Source: an uncultured Candidatus Marinamargulisbacteria bacterium (GTDB lineage: Bacteria > Margulisbacteria > Riflemargulisbacteria > GWF2-35-9). Taken from it: DNA of 64,000 nucleotides. The DNA is taken from NCBI GenBank assembly GCA_903910705.1, contig CAIWAN010000104.1, positions 2,453 through 66,452 of the forward strand, read 5' to 3'. The notes under the pieces are model-generated. The model did no database searches. It was not told where the DNA came from and worked only from the letters and a program-made list of their open reading frames with translations. This document shows positions 28,445-39,800 of the stretch, piece by piece. The position numbers and the translations under genes were made by a program. Positions within the stretch are counted from its first letter, which is position 1, and every line of letters starts with the position of its first letter.

Positions 28445-31400
28445 AAAATCAATTTTCCGCTAAATACGAGCGAGGTTATGGTGTAGTTATAGAGGCCTCC
28501 CTCGGCAGTGAGGTCTTTCTTTTCAACAATATTTCCTTCGGCTATGAAAATAAACTTTTCGATATTGCCGTTACTTCGTTCGGCCATGGGAATCTCAACA
28601 TTGGCTTGAATATTTCCTAGCGAAGAGATGTTATCAAGGGTTAGAATGTCGGTGGCTAAGGTCGTGTTGTTGACTTGATTGTTTTCTAGTTTTGCAAAAT
28701 CGTTAAGCCCAACGCCCCAACTATGGTCACGTCGATAGGTCGCAACAATTTTGCTGGTGTATTTCGGGGTGCTGACGACAATGGGTGTATATTGGGCGAC
28801 AAAGGCATCCGCATAGTTCTGGAACCCGACATTAATGATCTCATTGATATTCATCTTGTAGGTGTACGTGTAGCTAAGACTGAGGTCAGGTATGGGGGTT
28901 GATTTGATGCCGACACCGAGGCTATGAATCGTGAACGCTTTGTTGTTTTCTGTGGCAGGAAGTGTTTGCGTCGTTTCAAGGATACGTTGGTAGCCGTAGT
29001 TGGCAAGAAGAGAGAAATAGTTGTTTAGGGGTTGAGTGCCATCGAGATTGAGTGCGGTGGTGCGACTATTTAGATACGAATTATAGTTTGTTTTAATTTG
29101 TTCGAGGCTTATATTATCGATAGACGTTCGGAGATATTGAACGGTCTGAGCATATGAAAATCGTGGGGTGAATTGGGCGCCCCATGCCGTGAAGGACGTG
29201 TCACTCGCAAGCGTTTGAGCCTCTCGATACTTTAGCCCTTTTGTACTATCAATATAATCATCATAGACCCTGCCTATGTTGATGTTGGTGGGCTGAATTT
29301 TCTGCAAAACAACATTATTGAGAGCAAATGAATCCAGATGGGTTGTATTGGTTAAACGATTGATCGTGAGAGGGGCAAAGTTGCTTGTTGCAAGGTAGGT
29401 TGTTTCGTTTACATTTTCTTGAAGATCGTAATCGCTCGCATAACTGCTTCTTATCCAGTCCTCTATGTTCCAATTAAGGCTATGTTTGATATGAGATCGG
29501 GGATAGGTTTGGGTCGTATAGGCAATATCGGTGGTTCGATTCTCGGTTGTGGTTGAATTGTTTTCTGCGACGACAAAATCCCAGTCGTAACGAATAAAGG
29601 AGAAGGGTGTCCATGAGAGGCCGTAGTGGCTATCGCTTGCATAAGCGCTTCCCTGTGAGTATATGGTTGAATTTCGAGGCAAATCGTTTCGATTGTTTGA
29701 ATGAGAAAAGCGTCTCGATGCGGGTTGGAGCGTTATCGGTGCGATGTCGGACAGTAACGTTATGCCACTGATACTGTAATCTTGCCCTGAACTTTCACGA
29801 GAAATGGCGCCATTGCTTTCATTCCCATTTGAATAGTTATCTCGAAGTGCAATATTGCTCAGACCGAGCAGGCGGAAACTCACTTGGTTTGCCCTATTGT
29901 TACTATCGTCTGGAGTTTGGTTGAGCAGTAAGGAGGCTTTTTCTGTGCGACCCACCGAGCCTTGATAGCTCGGGTTATCAAGAACTATCAAGTTTAGAGC
30001 GGGATAAAGCGACCATGAGTGTTGAAAGTTTTGAAGGATGGTTTGGCTCATGTTCTGTGAAGGAGCTACGTTATTTGCATCAAAACTCGAAATACTTTGT
30101 GTATACTCGTGAGAGTAGAAGTGATTCGTGTCCAAGAAGGGAAGGGGTTTTAAGGCGAGTAAATACTGAGACCGTTGGAAACGATTTTCATTGAGTTTAT
30201 GGTTCGAGGTGTTAGGGTCGGTTTCAAATCCAGACGACTCGGCAAAGCTTGATTTTAACGTGAGTCGCTTTTCAAGGAGAGCCAGTTGATTGTCGAGAGT
30301 CCAAGCCGAAGCTTTTTTTTCTGATAAATTCACTCGATCTAAAAAGTCGTTTGTATATTGATAGTCACTTAGCGTATAGGTGGTGTAAAAATCTTGGGGA
30401 CCCCCACCTACGGAGATATTGTTGCGGTAGGCTACATTATCGTTGGCGCGAAGATTTAGACTGGTAGTATTGTCGGGATCGGACGCACTGGTTAGTCGCT
30501 CCCAGTGATAATTGATGTTTAGGTTGCTATCAGGAACATATTTTATGTCACTAATAAGTGTTTCATCCGATTGATTGAGCTTTTTCCCCTGCAAATTGAA
30601 AGCGTCCAGTTTTCGCTGATTCGTAAAATAGGTGGTGTTAACTTGTATGTTTTTGTAGGGACTAAAAGCACTAACCCAGTTAATAATGTTGGATCCTCCC
30701 GAGTAGGCGCTGACACCAAAAGGTTGATACTCTGGGTCGATCGAAAAGAGTTCAAGCCGAGTGTCCCCGTAATCGCCCTGAAGGTGGGTATTAAACTTCA
30801 CGGCATTTCCTTGTTTGCTATATTTTTTGACATTTTCGCCAGAAGCCGTTGAATAATAAGAATATTTGACGACAACAATGTCTTGAGTGCTTGGGTTCAT
30901 ATTGATAAAGGTGATCTTACCTGAGGTGTAATTGATGTAGTAGTGTTCATTCTTTATCGCGTTTGGTTGATTGTTGATATAGACGATCTCAGAGTTTTCT
31001 ACAATATTCGGAAAGGCGAGAGCGTAAGTCATTCCGTACTGACCATTTGCCTGAAGGGTATTCGATGTAACCAAAAAGCTTTTGGCTGATTCTTGGTTGG
31101 TTCGAGCGACATCTAAACTCAAATCAAAATTGGAACCAAAGGATTGTTGATAAACAGCTTCTGTTTGATCGTGAACAATATCTCCTGGATCGGGAACATT
31201 GGATTTATTGTATTGATAAGTGACTTTAAATAAGTCATAACCCGATAAATTGGAGGGAACCCCGTAGATCATGCCATCGGTGCCCAGATACTCGTTGTAA
31301 AGGATCACTTGGATTTGACCGTTACCAACCCCTGAGTCCGTGTATAGAAGCGTATAATCTTTTCCGTAGAGAAGTGTTGAATATATGGGACTAGATATCT

Positions 31401-33435
31401 TTTTGTATTCGATCCGAATTAGGCTATTGATTTTGTCAAACTTGATGGGTTGCTCAACAGACGACTGTATTCGATGAGACAATAAGCCATTTACGAGCAT
31501 ATTGTTCTCAAAGTTGCTGTCAGATCCGGTAAAGAACCATTGGGCAGGACCGTACTCTTTGTAGTAATAGTAGGTCACATTGAGGGTTCCAATGTCAGGG
31601 AGCTGCTCTTTCGAGATGACGAGCACCCCTTTATAGGCATTGATGCTTGCGGTGATCGTGGCGCCATTATAGGCAAGGATGACGGGTTCATCGGCAACAA
31701 TAGGCCACGCGTTTAGGGTGATGGTGATATCTGTGTTTAATGTCGAGATCACGAAGGTTTCAGACAACAACTTGGTGTTCAGATCTTTTTGAGCCTTAGC
31801 AAATTCCCGAAAATAGCCAAATTGGAGCTTGTAGTTTGTATTTAGCGGATTGGTTTGTTTTAGGTCTTCCCCCAAAATGGTTTGCAAATAATCAATATGA
31901 ATAAGGGATGTTGCTGGAATAGGATACACAAACATCAATCGTCCTGTTTGGCTGTCAACCCGATAGTCAACATTTCGATTGAGAGAAAGCCCGCCAACGA
32001 CAACTGTTTCCGATCCATCGAGAAGGGGAACGTGACGAAGATAATAAACAGCTTGTCGACCTTGACCCAAAAACTCTTCGGTTCGAGAGTTGGTTTTATG
32101 GGTCTGGTAGTCAATGTCAATGTCACGGAGGAAGGGGTCGGTTATTGTAATCTTACCAGTCCCGTATTGAATGTAATAATCCCTGTTTTGTTGAAGTCGA
32201 TGACCGTTCGCGCTAATCGTTTCGCTGCCAAGGATCACGGGGGCATAGGCAAGGGCGATGGTTTTTGATCCTGAGTTGAGACGATGGGATTCGTGAACAT
32301 CTTGAAGAAGCGGAACGATGTCGGGGATCGCGGCCCGATTATATTCACCACTTATACCGAGAAAATTGACGTGACTGGCGATGGGAATAAAATCTTCTAG
32401 AGGGTTCGTGTATTCATAGGTAAAGGTTAAGTTGTCTTGGTTGGTTTTCGGTGTTTTGAATCCAATCGTCCCTTGAAAATAATTGATCAGATAGTCACTA
32501 TTTTCAACGACAAGTTTGTCGTTCACATATACTTTTACGGAATTTTCAAGAATAGGCTTATATCGCAACGGATAGTCTGTTCCCCCATTTCCTTGCCGAG
32601 AGTAGGTGTCTGTTTGACTTTTGGCTTGGCCAAATCCAAAATTGTAGGAGAACGGCCCTTCACTCCCCACAACAGAGATCCCATCGACACGTTTGCTTAT
32701 GTTTGTAAAAGCACCCAATGTATATGTTTTGGTTAAATCACCAAAATTGATTTGGGTTTTTCGTATCCGTAAACTGACATCGGTTTTCTGTGGCATATTG
32801 GGTTCTTGAACAATGTTATAGTTAACCTCGGCTTCTTCGTTGATCCGTGCTTGTAAGAGTAAGTTGAAACGAGATTCAATTTGAAAATCGACCTCGCGAA
32901 TTTGTTGAAGCATGGTGGTATAGGCCGAGTCTTTCACGGCACTGGCTCGATTCCCCCCGACTCGAAGCGAATAGGCCTTTATTTCACCAAAACCCGACAT
33001 ATAAGGGGTAATTCGAACAGCATCTGATTTCTTGTTCTCTTCCCAATCTTCCCACCGGAAATCTTTCCAGAAAGAATCATGACGATTGGGTTTATCAGGC
33101 AACGTATCACTTTTCTCTTTTGACGGATCGAGCGTAATCGCTTCAACCGTTAGGCGAGTTGAACTTTTAGTTAAGGTAAAATGTGCTTCTTCATCTTCCT
33201 TAACCTCTATATTTTCAGACGGAATCAGATTTTCAGTAGCGATAACCTCCGTTGATTGAGTTGGTGCTTCGTTTGCTGTTGTTAAGTTTTCGGCAACATC
33301 TTGGGTCGGCTCAACAACGCTGGTCGATATAATCGCAGAAGGGGTCTCAATTTTGCTCTCAATTGAGAGAACGCTCTCTTCAGCAAGGCTTAGGCCTAGG
33401 AGGGTGATGGCGATGAACAATAGGCGAAATTTCAT
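28441..33435 (-). CDS. very large (1664 aa) signal-peptide outer-membrane beta-barrel protein, possibly SprA/Sov-like
   Basis: Cleavable signal MKFRLLFIAITLLGLSLAEE. Composition rich in N, Y, T, S and G with alternating hydrophobic residues throughout. Terminal residue is Phe (..SLVFSGKLIF), typical of beta-barrel OMPs. No repeats comparable to the adhesin. Confidence 0.6.
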   Translation of the reverse strand: MKFRLLFIAITLLGLSLAEESVLSIESKIETPSAIISTSVVEPTQDVAENLTTANEAPTQSTEVIATENLIPSENIEVKEDEEAHFTLTKSSTRLTVEAITLDPSKEKSDTLPDKPNRHDSFWKDFRWEDWEENKKSDAVRITPYMSGFGEIKAYSLRVGGNRASAVKDSAYTTMLQQIREVDFQIESRFNLLLQARINEEAEVNYNIVQEPNMPQKTDVSLRIRKTQINFGDLTKTYTLGAFTNISKRVDGISVVGSEGPFSYNFGFGQAKSQTDTYSRQGNGGTDYPLRYKPILENSVKVYVNDKLVVENSDYLINYFQGTIGFKTPKTNQDNLTFTYEYTNPLEDFIPIASHVNFLGISGEYNRAAIPDIVPLLQDVHESHRLNSGSKTIALAYAPVILGSETISANGHRLQQNRDYYIQYGTGKITITDPFLRDIDIDYQTHKTNSRTEEFLGQGRQAVYYLRHVPLLDGSETVVVGGLSLNRNVDYRVDSQTGRLMFVYPIPATSLIHIDYLQTILGEDLKQTNPLNTNYKLQFGYFREFAKAQKDLNTKLLSETFVISTLNTDITITLNAWPIVADEPVILAYNGATITASINAYKGVLVISKEQLPDIGTLNVTYYYYKEYGPAQWFFTGSDSNFENNMLVNGLLSHRIQSSVEQPIKFDKINSLIRIEYKKISSPIYSTLLYGKDYTLLYTDSGVGNGQIQVILYNEYLGTDGMIYGVPSNLSGYDLFKVTYQYNKSNVPDPGDIVHDQTEAVYQQSFGSNFDLSLDVARTNQESAKSFLVTSNTLQANGQYGMTYALAFPNIVENSEIVYINNQPNAIKNEHYYINYTSGKITFINMNPSTQDIVVVKYSYYSTASGENVKKYSKQGNAVKFNTHLQGDYGDTRLELFSIDPEYQPFGVSAYSGGSNIINWVSAFSPYKNIQVNTTYFTNQRKLDAFNLQGKKLNQSDETLISDIKYVPDSNLNINYHWERLTSASDPDNTTSLNLRANDNVAYRNNISVGGGPQDFYTTYTLSDYQYTNDFLDRVNLSEKKASAWTLDNQLALLEKRLTLKSSFAESSGFETDPNTSNHKLNENRFQRSQYLLALKPLPFLDTNHFYSHEYTQSISSFDANNVAPSQNMSQTILQNFQHSWSLYPALNLIVLDNPSYQGSVGRTEKASLLLNQTPDDSNNRANQVSFRLLGLSNIALRDNYSNGNESNGAISRESSGQDYSISGITLLSDIAPITLQPASRRFSHSNNRNDLPRNSTIYSQGSAYASDSHYGLSWTPFSFIRYDWDFVVAENNSTTTENRTTDIAYTTQTYPRSHIKHSLNWNIEDWIRSSYASDYDLQENVNETTYLATSNFAPLTINRLTNTTHLDSFALNNVVLQKIQPTNINIGRVYDDYIDSTKGLKYREAQTLASDTSFTAWGAQFTPRFSYAQTVQYLRTSIDNISLEQIKTNYNSYLNSRTTALNLDGTQPLNNYFSLLANYGYQRILETTQTLPATENNKAFTIHSLGVGIKSTPIPDLSLSYTYTYKMNINEIINVGFQNYADAFVAQYTPIVVSTPKYTSKIVATYRRDHSWGVGLNDFAKLENNQVNNTTLATDILTLDNISSLGNIQANVEIPMAERSNGNIEKFIFIAEGNIVEKKDLTAEGGLYNYTITSLVFSGKLIF

Positions 33436-33454
33436 AAGCTGGTACGGTCCTCAT

Positions 33455-33691
33455 TTATTCTGCAAGGATGTCGATGACTTTGTGGCGAGTATTCGCCCCA
33501 CGAATTATTGTGAATCGAGACTTAGCCAGATGCAAGGCTTTTGACAAAAGCTTAATAACGGCTAAATTTGCTTTCCCCTTTTCAGCGGCAGCGGTGACCT
33601 TGATGATATAGGTATCTTGACTAATCTCTTCAAGCTTATTTTTACGAGCATGAGGCGTGACGTGAATAGAGAGAGTTTTCAAAATTGACAT
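33455..33691 (-). CDS. yggU: DUF167/YggU-family protein
   Basis: 78 aa. LSIHVTPHARKNKL...YIIKVTAAAEKGKANLAVIKLLSKAL is a YggU signature. Lies immediately after yggT. Confidence 0.75.
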   Translation of the reverse strand: MSILKTLSIHVTPHARKNKLEEISQDTYIIKVTAAAEKGKANLAVIKLLSKALHLAKSRFTIIRGANTRHKVIDILAE

Positions 33692-33954
33692 TAAAGAAAA
33701 AATCGAATGATCCGAAACATAACATCCGGAATCTTTCCAAGTACAAAGAAAGCAAGAAGCGGCGAAAAATCAATACCACCATATTGGAGCGGAAGTTGTC
33801 GAAAGAGTCGTAGGTAAGGCTCTGTTATGGAGGTCAAAAGACGAGCGAGAGGATGATAATAATTGTGCGGGATCCAAGACAGAATGATCTGAATAATGAG
33901 CAACACCTCATAAAGCTGGAATAAATAGGCAATCGATTGGGCGAAGGTGTTCAT
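33691..33954 (-). CDS. yggT: YggT-family integral membrane protein
   Basis: 87 aa. IQIILSWIP...ITEPYLRLFR...GGIDFSPLLAFFVL is a YggT/Ycf19 motif. Confidence 0.75.
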   Translation of the reverse strand: MNTFAQSIAYLFQLYEVLLIIQIILSWIPHNYYHPLARLLTSITEPYLRLFRQLPLQYGGIDFSPLLAFFVLGKIPDVMFRIIRFFL

Positions 33955-34754
33955 GAACGGCTCAGTTCATCTGCCCGATTATTGGCAGCATGAAGGGTAT
34001 TGTTGAGGATAAGTCCAAGATCAGATGCACCCAGTATTTTCATGGCAGCTTCGGTTGTTCCTCCTGGTGATGTGACTTGACGAATCAGCTCGGTAGGGGA
34101 CTTATCGGATTGCTGAAGCATGATAGCCGAGCCTAGCATGGTTTGGGTCAGGAGTTTTTTTGCTTCGTCATAAGAAAACCCTAGCTTCATCGACTCTGTG
34201 GCCATCGCGTCTATGAAATGATAGAAATAGGCTGGACCACTCCCGCTGATGGCGGTTAGCGCATTCATCAGCGTTTCTGGGATGGTGGTAATCTCGCCAA
34301 TAGACTGAAATAGAGATCGAACAAAGGCTTGGATCTCTGTGGGACAAGAGGCTCCAAAAGAGAGCCCCGTCATTCCTTTGCCAATGAGTGCAGGTGTATT
34401 GGGCATGACTCTTACGCAGACACAGGCAGGAAAAGCTTCCTGTATCGTTGAAAGGGTTATCCCTGCTGCGATAGAAATAATTACCGTTGTTGTTGAAATA
34501 CCTTTTCGTAGTTGCTCTGAAGCCTGCGCAAACTGTTGAGGCTTTACGGCGATAATGATGGCCTCATAGGTTCCTAAATCAGCATAAGAGTCTAGCGGTT
34601 TTATGCTAGGATAGCTTTTCTGAAGAAGCTGAGTGCGATCAACGTTCTTTTCAAGGACGCCGATCGAAAGATCAGGCGACGAGAAAAGAGCTCCTTTTAG
34701 AAGCGCTTCTCCCATATTTCCGCAACCTAACAATCCCAAGGATCGAATGGTCAT
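33951..34754 (-). CDS. proC: pyrroline-5-carboxylate reductase
   Basis: Rossmann LGLLGCGNMGEALLKG, the catalytic VTSPGGTTEAAMKIL motif, 267 aa. Confidence 0.9.
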   Translation of the reverse strand: MTIRSLGLLGCGNMGEALLKGALFSSPDLSIGVLEKNVDRTQLLQKSYPSIKPLDSYADLGTYEAIIIAVKPQQFAQASEQLRKGISTTTVIISIAAGITLSTIQEAFPACVCVRVMPNTPALIGKGMTGLSFGASCPTEIQAFVRSLFQSIGEITTIPETLMNALTAISGSGPAYFYHFIDAMATESMKLGFSYDEAKKLLTQTMLGSAIMLQQSDKSPTELIRQVTSPGGTTEAAMKILGASDLGLILNNTLHAANNRADELSRS

Positions 34755-34757
34755 CCT

Positions 34758-35210
34758 TTAGTTGTTGTTGATCAAATTAACGACGATCTCTTCGTTGGCG
34801 TTGGCTGAAACCGGCTCACCTGCTTGATGGAAATCTTCTGTAATTTGAGTTCGCTCAGGGGTAATGAGAACGAGGTTGTCGCCTAATTTTGCCATGTGAC
34901 CATTCAGCGAATAGATCGTACCTGAAATAAAATCCATAAACCGTTTCGTATTCATTTTGTCTAGATTTTCAAAATTCAAGATCATACAGGTGTCATCTTT
35001 GAGCATATTGGTCACGTGAAGTGCATCAGAATACTTTTTTGGGGTAAGGATCTTGATCTCTGAAGACGCCTTGTTCATGCTTACGGGGAACTTAATCATG
35101 GTTTGCCCCTTTGAACTACTAGGTTTTGATGCATTTGATTGTAAAGGCAGGGTATCCTCGAGACCTAAAAATACTTTAAACTTATCCATTAACTTGACTT
35201 CTTTTTTCAT
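34758..35210 (-). CDS. sepF: cell division protein SepF
   Basis: MILNFENLDKMNTKRFMDFISGTIYSLNGHMAKLGDNLVLITP is a SepF/YlmF core. Strong GGAGGAGAAAA RBS upstream of the ATG at 35208-35210. Confidence 0.8.
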   Translation of the reverse strand: MKKEVKLMDKFKVFLGLEDTLPLQSNASKPSSSKGQTMIKFPVSMNKASSEIKILTPKKYSDALHVTNMLKDDTCMILNFENLDKMNTKRFMDFISGTIYSLNGHMAKLGDNLVLITPERTQITEDFHQAGEPVSANANEEIVVNLINNN

Positions 35211-35221
35211 TTTTCTCCTCC

Positions 35222-35881
35222 TTAAGAAAATAGTTCGGTTCCGATTCGAACCATGGTTGCTCCGTCTTGAAGAGCAACCCTATAATCGTTGCTCATTCCC
35301 ATCGACAGTTGTATGTATTCAACGCCTTGATCATCACGAAGTTGGTCAGCCAGAGACTTTAAGCCAGCAAACACCGAATGTTGGATGTGTTCATCCGTTG
35401 TGTAGGGTGCCATGGTCATATAGCCAACAAAGTTGACGAACGTGTAATCGAAAACACGCCGAATGCTTAATTTAATGTCTTGGGGACTAAATCCGTGCTT
35501 ACTGGTTTCCCCTGAAATATTGATCTCTAGTAAAATATCAGGACGCTTTCCTTGAGAATGGGCTTCTTTGTTGACCGCCTCAAGGGTCTCCCAGCTACTA
35601 ATGGCGTGAATGACCGAAAAAAGGGCGACGATCTTTTTGGCCTTATTTCGTTGAACTGGACCAATAAAATGCCACGTAATCGAATAGGCCTCAAGGGCTT
35701 TAATTTTGGGTTCTGCAACTTGAAGGCGATTTTCCCCCAAGTGTGTCAACCCCGCCTGCACGGCCGCCTCGGTCTCTGCAAGAGATAGCGTTTTTGTGAC
35801 AGCCACAAGTGTGGCCGATGGTGCGGTTTGAGCGAGAGCGATTTGAGCTCGCACGTCCGCGATCTTATTGGCTAAAGACAT
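35222..35881 (-). CDS. yggS: YggS/YlmE-family PLP-binding (PLP homeostasis) protein
   Basis: HFIGPVQRNKAKKIV motif and alanine-racemase-like TIM barrel. 219 aa. Confidence 0.85.
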   Translation of the reverse strand: MSLANKIADVRAQIALAQTAPSATLVAVTKTLSLAETEAAVQAGLTHLGENRLQVAEPKIKALEAYSITWHFIGPVQRNKAKKIVALFSVIHAISSWETLEAVNKEAHSQGKRPDILLEINISGETSKHGFSPQDIKLSIRRVFDYTFVNFVGYMTMAPYTTDEHIQHSVFAGLKSLADQLRDDQGVEYIQLSMGMSNDYRVALQDGATMVRIGTELFS

Positions 35882-36032
35882 AAATCCCCCCTGTACCCCT
35901 TAGAAAGCGTACTGTTTGATTATACGTAGCTTAGCAGCAAAATCAACGCACGGATAATCACCGGTCAAGAGATAAACTCAAGCCGTAGTAGGCATCAAGA
36001 ATTTGGGGAAGCGTGTTGCCCTGTATATAGTG

Positions 36033-36899
36033 TTAAAAGGATAGCGCCCAAAGGGGCTCTGGGGCGATAAAGGTGACACGCTCGTTGCTTCGCGGGTGGT
36101 CAAAGGTAATCGAGTAGGCGTGAAGCAGTTGACGCTTTCCTCCTTTTCGTCCGTAGAGGCTATCACCTATTAAGGGGTGCCCAAGGTGGGCCATGTGAAC
36201 CCTGATCTGATGCGTTCGACCGGTGTAGAGCTGAAATTGAACAAGGCTTTTGTCGTTAGCAACACGTAAAACCTTATACCCCGTTCTGGCTTCTTTACCT
36301 CTAATAATATCGACGACAAACTTTTTATAATTCGACGCTTGTCGAGCAATAGGGGCTTCAATAAGGCCTTCCTCGGGAGTCAGCGTCCCGACAACAAGTC
36401 CTAGATATGTTTTGTCCACGTTTCGATCGGCAAAGCCTTTTGCTAATAGATGATGGGCTTCGTTGTTTTTAGTAACGACCATAACGCCCGAGGTGTCTTT
36501 ATCTAAGCGGTGGACGATGCCGGGGCGTTCGAATTGACTTCCGGTGGAGAGCGTTTTCCCATAGTGGAGAAGGGCGTTTACAAGGGTATTGTCTCGATTT
36601 CCCGCGCCTGGGTGTACGGTTAGCCCCGAAGGCTTGTTGATGACAATAATGTCGGCATCTTCAAAGAGAATGTCGAAGGGAATATTCGTGGCAGAAAGCG
36701 TAAGTGCTGACTCGCTTAGCGTGTAATTGATCTCGTCTCCTGTGTGAACAATGAAGCTAGGCTTGACCGGCGTTCCATTCACCAAGACATCCCCTTTTTG
36801 TAGGGCGCTTTGGATGAAAGCTCGACTACGACCGGTGTGTTGACTCAACCACTGGTCGATGCGAAGGGGGGAAATCTCAGGTACGTTGAGGACGGTCAT
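36033..36899 (-). CDS. rluD: RluA-family 23S rRNA pseudouridine synthase (RluD-like, with S4 domain)
   Basis: N-terminal S4 domain. Catalytic HRLDKDTSGVMVV motif. 288 aa. Confidence 0.85.
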   Translation of the reverse strand: MTVLNVPEISPLRIDQWLSQHTGRSRAFIQSALQKGDVLVNGTPVKPSFIVHTGDEINYTLSESALTLSATNIPFDILFEDADIIVINKPSGLTVHPGAGNRDNTLVNALLHYGKTLSTGSQFERPGIVHRLDKDTSGVMVVTKNNEAHHLLAKGFADRNVDKTYLGLVVGTLTPEEGLIEAPIARQASNYKKFVVDIIRGKEARTGYKVLRVANDKSLVQFQLYTGRTHQIRVHMAHLGHPLIGDSLYGRKGGKRQLLHAYSITFDHPRSNERVTFIAPEPLWALSF

Positions 36900-37287
36900 A
36901 GATTAGAAAATGAAAGAGAAAAAGGGCGATGCCCACATTGACCCAAATATCAGCAATATTGAAGGTTGGGATTGGCCCTAGCTGCAAAAAATCAACAACA
37001 TAACCCCGAGCTAATCGGTCGAATCCATTCCCAACGCCCCCAGCGAGGATGAACCATAAGGCAAGCGTCTGTACCCGTGATTGAGCAAATAATTTCTCTC
37101 GTAGCAACCAGATCGCCGCTAAAAAGGCAATATTTATGAGGACGATCACCGCCGTTTGATCTTGAAACAATCCAAAGGCGATCCCTGTGTTCTGAGCAAG
37201 AACAAGTCCAAACGAGTTGGCATGCTGAAGCACCCACCATTTGGCGACTTGATCAAGGAGAACAAGAATAGAGAAGAGGGCGATCAC
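36877..37287 (-). CDS. lspA: lipoprotein signal peptidase II
   Basis: NTGIAFGLFQD and FNIADIWVNVGIALFL motifs. Four TM helices. 136 aa. Confidence 0.8.
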   Translation of the reverse strand: MIALFSILVLLDQVAKWWVLQHANSFGLVLAQNTGIAFGLFQDQTAVIVLINIAFLAAIWLLREKLFAQSRVQTLALWFILAGGVGNGFDRLARGYVVDFLQLGPIPTFNIADIWVNVGIALFLFHFLIYDRPQRT

Positions 37288-38559
37288 TTATTTTTCAAGA
37301 AGTGCTGCTATTCCCGGAAGCACCTTTCCTTCGATCAGTTCGAGCGAGGCACCCCCGCCGGTTGAGATATGTGTCATCTTATCGGCAACGCCTGATTTGT
37401 TCACCGCAGACACGCTATCACCCCCACCAATGATTGTCGTCGCGTCGGGTAGTTCGGCAAGCGCTTTCGCAATGCCCATGGTGCCCTTTGAAAAGCGTTC
37501 AAATTCAAAGACCCCTAGTGGTCCATTCCAGAAAACGGTCTTCGCACCTTTTATCGCACCGATGAACTTTTCAATGGTCAGCGGCCCAATATCCATGCCC
37601 ATCCAACCATCATCAATATTGCCTCGGGCAACATGACGAGACTCTGCATCAGGAGAGAATTCGTTCGTTACGACGTGGTCAATGGGTAGATAGATATAAA
37701 TATGTTTTTCATAAGCGATTTGAAGAATTTCTCGAGCTTTGTCGAGCATATCATCTTCGACAAGGGAGTCGCCGATAGCGAGCCCCTTCGCTTTTAAGAA
37801 CGTATAGGCCATTCCGCCGCCGACGATAAGACGATCGACCTTAAGAAGGAGATTCTCAAGGACGGCAATTTTTGAAGAGACCTTTGCTCCGCCAATGATG
37901 GCAACAAAAGGACGATCAGGATCTTCCATGACTTTGCCTAGGTATTGGATCTCTTTTTCCATTAAAAGACCGGCAACAGCGGGTAGAAAATGGGCAACGG
38001 CTTCGGTTGAGGCGTGAGCTCGATGAGCGGTACCAAAGGCATCGTTCACAAAAAGATCGGCGTATTCGGCCAGTGCTTTGCCCATCTTTTCACGTTCGGC
38101 AGCATCTTTTGAGGTTTCTTCGGTGTGAAAACGAGTGTTCTCTAACATCAAAATGTCGCCTTCGATCAAATGGTTTACGATGGCTAGGGTTGGAGCGCCT
38201 ATCGCTGCTGGAGCAAGTTTAACCGAACGCTTTAGTAATTGGCCAAGGTGCGCTGCAATGGGAGCCATGCGGTGCTTGCTATTCAGGTATTTTTCTTCAT
38301 CAAACGTAACGCCAGCTTGAAGCGCTTTTTCCTTGGCTTTTTGGGTGTCTTTTTTTGGATCACCTAAGTGAGACATAAGGATGAGCGTTTTGGGTTGTTG
38401 AGCGAGGATGTACTCAAGTGTCGGAAGAGCCGCTTGGATGCGAGTATCATCTTGAATGACGCCATCCTTCATCGGTACATTGAAGTCGACGCGAACGAGG
38501 ATGCGTTTTCCATTAATGTCAGACACAGGGATATCTTTTATTGATTTTTTTGAGAACAT
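37288..38559 (-). CDS. pgk: phosphoglycerate kinase
   Basis: RVDFNVPM N-terminal motif and C-terminal GGGASLELIEGKVLPGIAAL. 423 aa. Confidence 0.95.
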   Translation of the reverse strand: MFSKKSIKDIPVSDINGKRILVRVDFNVPMKDGVIQDDTRIQAALPTLEYILAQQPKTLILMSHLGDPKKDTQKAKEKALQAGVTFDEEKYLNSKHRMAPIAAHLGQLLKRSVKLAPAAIGAPTLAIVNHLIEGDILMLENTRFHTEETSKDAAEREKMGKALAEYADLFVNDAFGTAHRAHASTEAVAHFLPAVAGLLMEKEIQYLGKVMEDPDRPFVAIIGGAKVSSKIAVLENLLLKVDRLIVGGGMAYTFLKAKGLAIGDSLVEDDMLDKAREILQIAYEKHIYIYLPIDHVVTNEFSPDAESRHVARGNIDDGWMGMDIGPLTIEKFIGAIKGAKTVFWNGPLGVFEFERFSKGTMGIAKALAELPDATTIIGGGDSVSAVNKSGVADKMTHISTGGGASLELIEGKVLPGIAALLEK

Positions 38560-38630
38560 GTCTTGCCTCCTAAGTAGTGCTATTGAACGCTATGAATTAT
38601 AGGGCACTAGGCTCGTTTTGAAAATGAGCG

Positions 38631-38662
38631 AAAAAAAACCCTCCATGACGGAGGGTTTTTAA
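38631..38662 (-). terminator. rho-independent terminator between gap and pgk (minus strand)
   Basis: On the minus strand, CCCTCCGTCATGGAGGG is a 7-bp GC-rich stem followed by TTTTTTTT, starting 24 nt after the gap stop. Likely an intercistronic attenuator. Confidence 0.6.
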
Positions 38663-38685
38663 GAACACAAAAAACAAAAAGAAGT

Positions 38686-39744
<1,059 letters not shown>

Positions 39745-39800
39745 CTATAGCATTGCAACCTATAATTGACAAGGGTTTGCCCCGTGCCTACACTGCCATT

